Shown piece after piece: positions 59,733 to 64,000 of a DNA stretch of 64,000 nt; position 1 is the stretch's first letter, and every line of letters starts with the position of its first letter. Below the pieces are notes generated by a model. It worked only from the letters and a program-made list of their open reading frames with translations. It was not told where the DNA came from and made no database searches. The DNA comes from Bryobacterales bacterium (GTDB lineage Bacteria; Acidobacteriota; Terriglobia; Bryobacterales; Bryobacteraceae), in assembly GCA_963848735.1 (NCBI GenBank), contig CAWKEP010000010.1, forward strand, positions 305,083-369,082. The letters are read 5' to 3'. Position numbers and translations under genes: made by a program.

Positions 59733-60568
59733 GCGGTAAGAAGGGCGTTCAGCCCATCATCATTGTTCACAAGAAGATCGCCCATCACGATGATGAGCAC
59801 GGCGGAGCTTGGAAAGTCGCCTATGCCGATTTCGTCACCGCCATGATGGCCCTTTTCATCGTTCTCTGGCTGCTCAGCGCCAGCGAAAAAGTCCAGAAGG
59901 CCGTCGGAGGCTATTTTCAGGATCCTACCGGCCAGGGTAAGCAGACCGGGTCCACCAGCGCCGGCGTCGGCGAAACGTTGACGCTGACCAAGGATCAACT
60001 GCAGCAGATCAAGGAAAAGATCCAGGAGGCCATGAAGCAGATTCCCGCCTTCAAGGAGATGCAGAATCAGATCAAGATGACGGTCACGGCCGAGGGCCTG
60101 CGGATCGATTTGCTGGAGACCAAGCGCGGGCTGTTCTTTGACACCGGCAATCCCAAGCCCACCGAAGCCGGAGGCGAAATACTGAAAGTTCTGGCCGCGG
60201 AGCTGGCGAAACTCCCGAACAAAATCGTAATCGAAGGCCACACCGATTCCACCCCCTACGGCCGCCCCGACTATTCCAACTGGGAGCTTTCATCGGATCG
60301 CGCCAACGCGGCCCGGCGAATTCTGACCGAGTCCGGCCTGGACGACGGCCGCATCAGCCAGGTGCGTGGATTCGCCGACCAGCGCCTGCTTCTGAAAGAC
60401 GATCCCACCAATCCGTCCAACCGGCGCATTTCGATTATTGTGCGCAATCAGGGATTGGACGAGCACGAAGAAACGATCGCCAGCAAACCGCCAGCAGCGG
60501 CGCAGAAACCTGCGGCGCCGGAAAAGCCGTCCGCGGTAATGCTTCCTCCACCGGCCGCCAAGAAGTAA
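59729..60568 (+). CDS. motB: MotB-type stator protein with an OmpA-like peptidoglycan-binding domain
   Basis: Start trimmed to TTG 59729. AWKVAYADFVTAMMALFIVLWLL (conserved Asp before the TM helix). IEGHTDSTPY...NWELSSDRANAARRIL...NRRISIIV. Confidence 0.8.
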   Translation: MSGKKGVQPIIIVHKKIAHHDDEHGGAWKVAYADFVTAMMALFIVLWLLSASEKVQKAVGGYFQDPTGQGKQTGSTSAGVGETLTLTKDQLQQIKEKIQEAMKQIPAFKEMQNQIKMTVTAEGLRIDLLETKRGLFFDTGNPKPTEAGGEILKVLAAELAKLPNKIVIEGHTDSTPYGRPDYSNWELSSDRANAARRILTESGLDDGRISQVRGFADQRLLLKDDPTNPSNRRISIIVRNQGLDEHEETIASKPPAAAQKPAAPEKPSAVMLPPPAAKK

Positions 60569-60628
60569 ATCCCTGGTAGTCTCCTGTTGTATACTTCGGC
60601 TTGAAATCCAATTGTCCAAGGAGACCCT

Positions 60629-61150
60629 GTGAACCGCATTTCTACACTGACCCTGATGGGAGCTTTGCTGGGCGCTGCAGCCCTCAATGCTCAAAATCCT
60701 CTGTCGTCTGACGTCAAGAACTTCTACAACGGAATCAAAGGCACCGTTACCAAGGCCGCCGACGAGATGCCCGACGCCGATTACGCATTCAAAGCCAGCC
60801 CGATGGAGCGCACCTACGGCGAGATCGTCGGACACATTGCCGATGTGCAGCTTGCTCTTTGCGGAAACGCTAACGGCGAAACGAAGAAGGGCGACGCCGC
60901 CACGAAAACCACCAAGGCCGACCTGGTCGCCGCTCTCAAAGCGTCGTTCGATTACTGCGACGGCGTGTACAACGGGCTAACCGACGCCGATGCCGCCACG
61001 AAAGTGACGATGTTTGGACCAAACAAGGCCACCAAGCTTGCGGTGCTCAATTTCAATATCAGCCACAACAATGAAATGTACGGCCAAATGGTTGTGTACC
61101 TTCGGATCAAGGGCTTGGTGCCTCCGTCCAGCCAGCGCCGTCAGCCTTAA
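60629..61150 (+). CDS. DinB family protein with signal peptide
   Basis: Four-helix DinB pattern (GEIVGHIADV...ISHNNEMYGQMVVYLR). GTG start with GGAGA upstream. Confidence 0.7.
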   Translation: MNRISTLTLMGALLGAAALNAQNPLSSDVKNFYNGIKGTVTKAADEMPDADYAFKASPMERTYGEIVGHIADVQLALCGNANGETKKGDAATKTTKADLVAALKASFDYCDGVYNGLTDADAATKVTMFGPNKATKLAVLNFNISHNNEMYGQMVVYLRIKGLVPPSSQRRQP

Positions 61151-61968
61151 CGCTTAAACAGACTCACGTGCAGATGCGCCGGCATCTGCGCGTGGGCTAG
61201 ATCTAGATCGTCGTGGACGATGGGAACCGTGAGCGCCACCGTCGCGGGCGCCGATGGATAGTTCTGGCTGATCGAAATCTTCAGCGCTCGTGCCGGCGTT
61301 TCCACCAGCGTCATGGCCCGACTGGCATCCGCAAAGGAACGTAGCGCTTCCGCTTGTTTCGGATCGTCGCTGGTGATCGCAGCCTCCCGCAACGCATGTT
61401 CTGCCGACGCGTAGGTTAATACTGCAATTATGTGCGGGTCCTGCCGGAATGCATTCTCAGGAACCTCCAGTCCCGCGTAGCGCATCGTCTGGATATCTCG
61501 CCGGATGGAAAATCCAACCAGCGGCACGTACGTATCGAACAGCCGCTCGCCCGTTCCCAGCTTGTAAACCGACCACCATTCCGTATCTTCCAGGCCACGC
61601 AATACCGTCAGCAGGGCTCCGTCCACGGTTTTGCAATCGACACCCGCCACCTTCAGCGCATACAGGGGTTTTTGCTTCGGATCCACGCCCAGAGGCCAGG
61701 CTTCCACCGTCGTGGAAGCTTCCATTCCTATTTCGTCGATCACCTGCTTGGTATGCGTAGTGGTACGCAACAACAACCGCTCTTTCTGCGGCCGACCCGG
61801 GACGGCGGTGCCGGTCACTTCATACGCGACATTCGTGATTTCAAACGTCTCTTGCCCGTCTTTGTTTAGGCCAAAGGTCACACTGGCGGGTGTCTGCGAT
61901 TGAAATGGCTTATGCGTCTGCGCGGACGACAGCCCTGCCACGAAAAGGACTACAGCGTAACGCCGCAT
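61147..61968 (-). CDS. hypothetical secreted protein
   Basis: Start trimmed to MRRYAVVLFVAGLSSAQ (ATG 61968). No named domain. Sits 5 nt downstream of the MBL hydrolase gene on the same strand. Confidence 0.55.
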   Translation of the reverse strand: MRRYAVVLFVAGLSSAQTHKPFQSQTPASVTFGLNKDGQETFEITNVAYEVTGTAVPGRPQKERLLLRTTTHTKQVIDEIGMEASTTVEAWPLGVDPKQKPLYALKVAGVDCKTVDGALLTVLRGLEDTEWWSVYKLGTGERLFDTYVPLVGFSIRRDIQTMRYAGLEVPENAFRQDPHIIAVLTYASAEHALREAAITSDDPKQAEALRSFADASRAMTLVETPARALKISISQNYPSAPATVALTVPIVHDDLDLAHAQMPAHLHVSLFKR

Positions 61969-61973
61969 GCTCT

Positions 61974-62822
61974 CTATTCGTAAAATTGCGGAGCTTTCTT
62001 TAGCTTGGCGTTCGCGGCGTAATCGTGCTGGATCCAAAGCTGAGCGCCGCTTTGCTTGAGAAACGCCTCGATTTTCGCGCGCGTCTCCACCGTCTGCTGC
62101 TGATCGGTCTCAAACGTCGGCACGCGTCCCAATTTGCGTTCCTCCGGGTAGTGATACAGATCGCCGCTCAGCACAATCGGACCCGTTTTTTTGAGCTTCA
62201 GGAACAACACCTGATGCCCCGGCGTGTGCCCGGGCGCCAACTTCATCACCACCGTGCCATCGCCGAACACATCGTAATCATCGGTCGGAATAATAATCGT
62301 CTTGGCGTTCCTGAGCACCGTGTAGTTCTCGGGCTTTACGCGATCGGGAGGCTTTGCCGCAAACATCGCGTCACGCTCTACGCCGCGCACCAGCCAGGTC
62401 GCGCCCGTAAATTCGTTCGTATTCGCAATGTGATCGTAGTGATAGTGCGAGAAGGCCAGGTACTCAATGGTCGACGGCGGATACCCGATCTGTTCCATCT
62501 GTGACTTTAGAGTTTGCGTGATGGTCGCGTAGCCTTCCAGCGCCGATTTCTCGCCTGGCTTTAATACTTGGTCTGGCACCGCGCCAACATCCCACATCAG
62601 CGTTCCCTTGGGATGCACAATCAGGTAGCAACCCACTGACAAATTCGTCGTCGCCAGCTCATCTTTCTTGAAGCGGAACCGCTCGGGATCGGAAATGTCC
62701 AGACTCCCGCAGTTAAACACGTACAACCGCACCGATTTCGGCGGCGCAGGCGGTTTGTGCTGTGCAAAAGCCCCGAGCGGCGCCATCAAAATGCTGATAA
62801 CAAAAGCTAGTTTCTTGAACAT
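61974..62822 (-). CDS. secreted metallo-beta-lactamase-fold hydrolase, N-acyl-homoserine-lactonase-like
   Basis: Signal peptide, SHYHYDH (HxHxDH), later GHTPGH and SGDLYH. The size and motif spacing resemble AiiA-type lactonases. Substrate not determinable from sequence. Confidence 0.65.
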   Translation of the reverse strand: MFKKLAFVISILMAPLGAFAQHKPPAPPKSVRLYVFNCGSLDISDPERFRFKKDELATTNLSVGCYLIVHPKGTLMWDVGAVPDQVLKPGEKSALEGYATITQTLKSQMEQIGYPPSTIEYLAFSHYHYDHIANTNEFTGATWLVRGVERDAMFAAKPPDRVKPENYTVLRNAKTIIIPTDDYDVFGDGTVVMKLAPGHTPGHQVLFLKLKKTGPIVLSGDLYHYPEERKLGRVPTFETDQQQTVETRAKIEAFLKQSGAQLWIQHDYAANAKLKKAPQFYE

Positions 62823-62847
62823 GTGTCTCGGTCAATCATACTTCAAA

Positions 62848-62882
62848 GTGTTCCCTGTATTCCTCGTGTTCCCCGTATTCCT
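62848..62882. repeat. two tandem 17-nt direct repeats (18-nt period) in the divergent MBL/tatA intergenic region
   Basis: gtgttccctgtattcct c gtgttccccgtattcct (16/17 identical), followed by a pyrimidine-rich tract tgtcttcctcatatcctccc. Confidence 0.8.
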
Positions 62883-62939
62883 TGTCTTCCTCATATCCTC
62901 CCTAGAAGCTCCCTGCTATCATGAAAGCGGAGGTTTTGC

Positions 62940-63410
62940 ATGGGTCCCGTGGGTATGCAGGAAATGGTCGTTATACTCCTGGTCGCCCTTGTTCTGTTCG
63001 GCCCGAAAAAGCTCCCCGAACTCGGCAAGACGATCGGAAAAGCGATCACGGAGTTTCGCCGCGCACAAAGCGAACTCAAAGCCACGTTTGAAAGCCACAT
63101 GCGAGAGTTGGAGAAGGAAGGCGAGTCGATCAAGGAAGTAACTCGCAGCTACACCAACGAGATTTACAACCACTACACCGCATACGACTCCCCCTCTTTT
63201 AGCGATTCGCTCACCTATCACGGCGCCGAACCGCAATCCATCGAAGCTAATCCATCCACCGTAAGCGTACCCGCACCTCAGGGCGCCGAATCCAGCGTGT
63301 CTCCGAACGAGGCGCCCGTGAGTGGAACCGTAGCGCGGACCAATAGCCCGGCCCATCCAGCCGAGCACAGCGTCCCTGAACCAGCCGCGCCGGAATCCAT
63401 CAATACCTAA
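62940..63410 (+). CDS. tatA: TatA/TatE/TatB-family twin-arginine translocase subunit with a long C-terminal tail
   Basis: MVVILLVALVLFGPKKLPELGKTIGKAITEFRRA (TM helix plus amphipathic helix). GGAGG RBS upstream. Confidence 0.85.
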   Translation: MGPVGMQEMVVILLVALVLFGPKKLPELGKTIGKAITEFRRAQSELKATFESHMRELEKEGESIKEVTRSYTNEIYNHYTAYDSPSFSDSLTYHGAEPQSIEANPSTVSVPAPQGAESSVSPNEAPVSGTVARTNSPAHPAEHSVPEPAAPESINT

Positions 63411-63414
63411 CAAC

Positions 63415-63436
63415 GAAACGTAAAGAAACGTAAAGA
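63415..63436. repeat. perfect tandem duplication of a 10-nt unit between tatA and tatC
   Basis: gaaacgtaaa gaaacgtaaa ga, ending 3 nt before the tatC ATG. Confidence 0.8.
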
Positions 63437-63439
63437 CGC

Positions 63440-64000
63440 ATGGCAGACGATACGCAGGGAGTTCCTCCTCCCGAAGGTGAAGGATCGCCCGAGCCAGGGC
63501 ATCCTGGCTCCCATGCTGAAGTTGTACCTACACCGCACGTCGAGGTGGTGTCCCAAACCGGTCTCACCCGCCGCCCGCCCAATCTTCCGCCTGCTCCACC
63601 GGCCGTAGACCCGGAAGACGAAGAAGAAGACAGCATGCTGCGCATGTCTTTCATGGAACACCTGGAAGAGCTGCGCAGCCGTATCATCAACGCTCTTTAT
63701 GGTCTGGGCCTGGCGTTTGTCTTCGCGCTCGTTTTTGCCGGCAAACTCTGGGATATCATCAGCGACCCTGCCGTCGAAGCATTGAAGCACCTGCACGTCG
63801 AACCGCCGCAATTGGCGCAGCTCACGCCCATGGAGGCCTTCTCCGTCATCTGGGTGCAGCTTCCCCTGCTGTGCTCCGTGTTTATTGCCTCGCCCTGGAT
63901 CGTCTATCAGGTCTGGGCATTTATCGCCCCTGGCCTCTACAAAAAAGAAAAGCGTTTGGCGTTGCCCTTCGTGCTGCTCACCGCGGGCCTCTTCATCGGT
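63440..64000 (+). CDS. tatC: twin-arginine translocase subunit TatC, 3'-truncated by the window edge (not in the ORF track)
   Basis: My translation is MADDTQGVPPPEGE...MSFMEHLEELRSRIINALYGLGLAFVFALVF...LTPMEAFSVIWVQLPLLCSVFIASPWIVYQVWAFIAPGLYKKEKR.... This is the TatC signature. The frame is open to the end of the window. Confidence 0.85.
   Translation, partial: MADDTQGVPPPEGEGSPEPGHPGSHAEVVPTPHVEVVSQTGLTRRPPNLPPAPPAVDPEDEEEDSMLRMSFMEHLEELRSRIINALYGLGLAFVFALVFAGKLWDIISDPAVEALKHLHVEPPQLAQLTPMEAFSVIWVQLPLLCSVFIASPWIVYQVWAFIAPGLYKKEKRLALPFVLLTAGLFIG

Noticed and set aside
1-64000. Programmed ribosomal frameshifting or selenocysteine/stop-codon read-through as an explanation for the split genes.
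   Set aside because: There are too many events, in unrelated housekeeping genes and in both +1 and -1 directions. I could find no shared slippery motif. All interruptions change frame rather than being in-frame TGA codons.
1-64000. tRNA, rRNA, CRISPR arrays, transposases, integrases and prophage blocks.
   Set aside because: Intergenic regions are short. None shows a tRNA T-arm/acceptor pattern or repeat-spacer periodicity, and no ORF translation resembles a recombinase. This was a scan by eye only, so small RNAs cannot be excluded.

Overview
GC-rich chromosomal segment (roughly 55-60% GC by eye). The gene content looks like Acidobacteriota: a TIGR03436-type VWA protein, a carboxypeptidase-regulatory-domain TonB-dependent receptor with a Gly-rich linker, many secreted TPR proteins and TAT-exported periplasmic dehydrogenases. 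That taxonomic call is inference only. All calls come from reading the six-frame translations and the DNA by eye; no database search or folding program was run.

I call about 70 protein genes, mostly housekeeping or periplasmic metabolism:
- aspS (5'-truncated), ccmABCD, a DAHP synthase, acpS, dtd, purM-purN, selA, fabZ-lpxA-lpxI, miaA, motAB, and tatA-tatC (3'-truncated)
- several peptidases (S58/DmpA, M28, M20)
- three periplasmic dehydrogenase modules: PQQ propeller with a dihaem cytochrome c, GMC flavoprotein with a TAT small subunit, and an sGDH-like enzyme
- a TonB/VWA/TonB-dependent-receptor cluster

I saw no rRNA, tRNA, CRISPR array, transposase or integrase.

Main observations:
1. A 17-codon leader ORF (MRRSAHNSFRFWYWFSA) plus a terminator/antiterminator sits directly upstream of the DAHP synthase gene. 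This is a candidate aromatic-amino-acid attenuator.
2. A lower-GC, overlapping two-gene cassette (unknown 108-aa protein plus a UPF0332/HEPN-like protein) is inserted in the lpx cluster. This is a candidate atypical toxin-antitoxin or defence pair.
3. About 22 otherwise conserved genes have broken reading frames, often several per gene and clustered in purMN, the TonB-dependent receptor and the GMC gene. One break is a compensating indel pair at C-runs. This points to indel errors in the assembly rather than real gene decay, and it limits every boundary call.

Other items are listed in the findings:
- a TPR/beta-barrel plus glycoside-hydrolase-like pair
- a small coiled-coil/RGRP basic protein
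- an uncharacterised AAA+ ATPase
- a catalytically degenerate sulfatase homologue
- an orphan MotAB stator
- several intergenic tandem repeats
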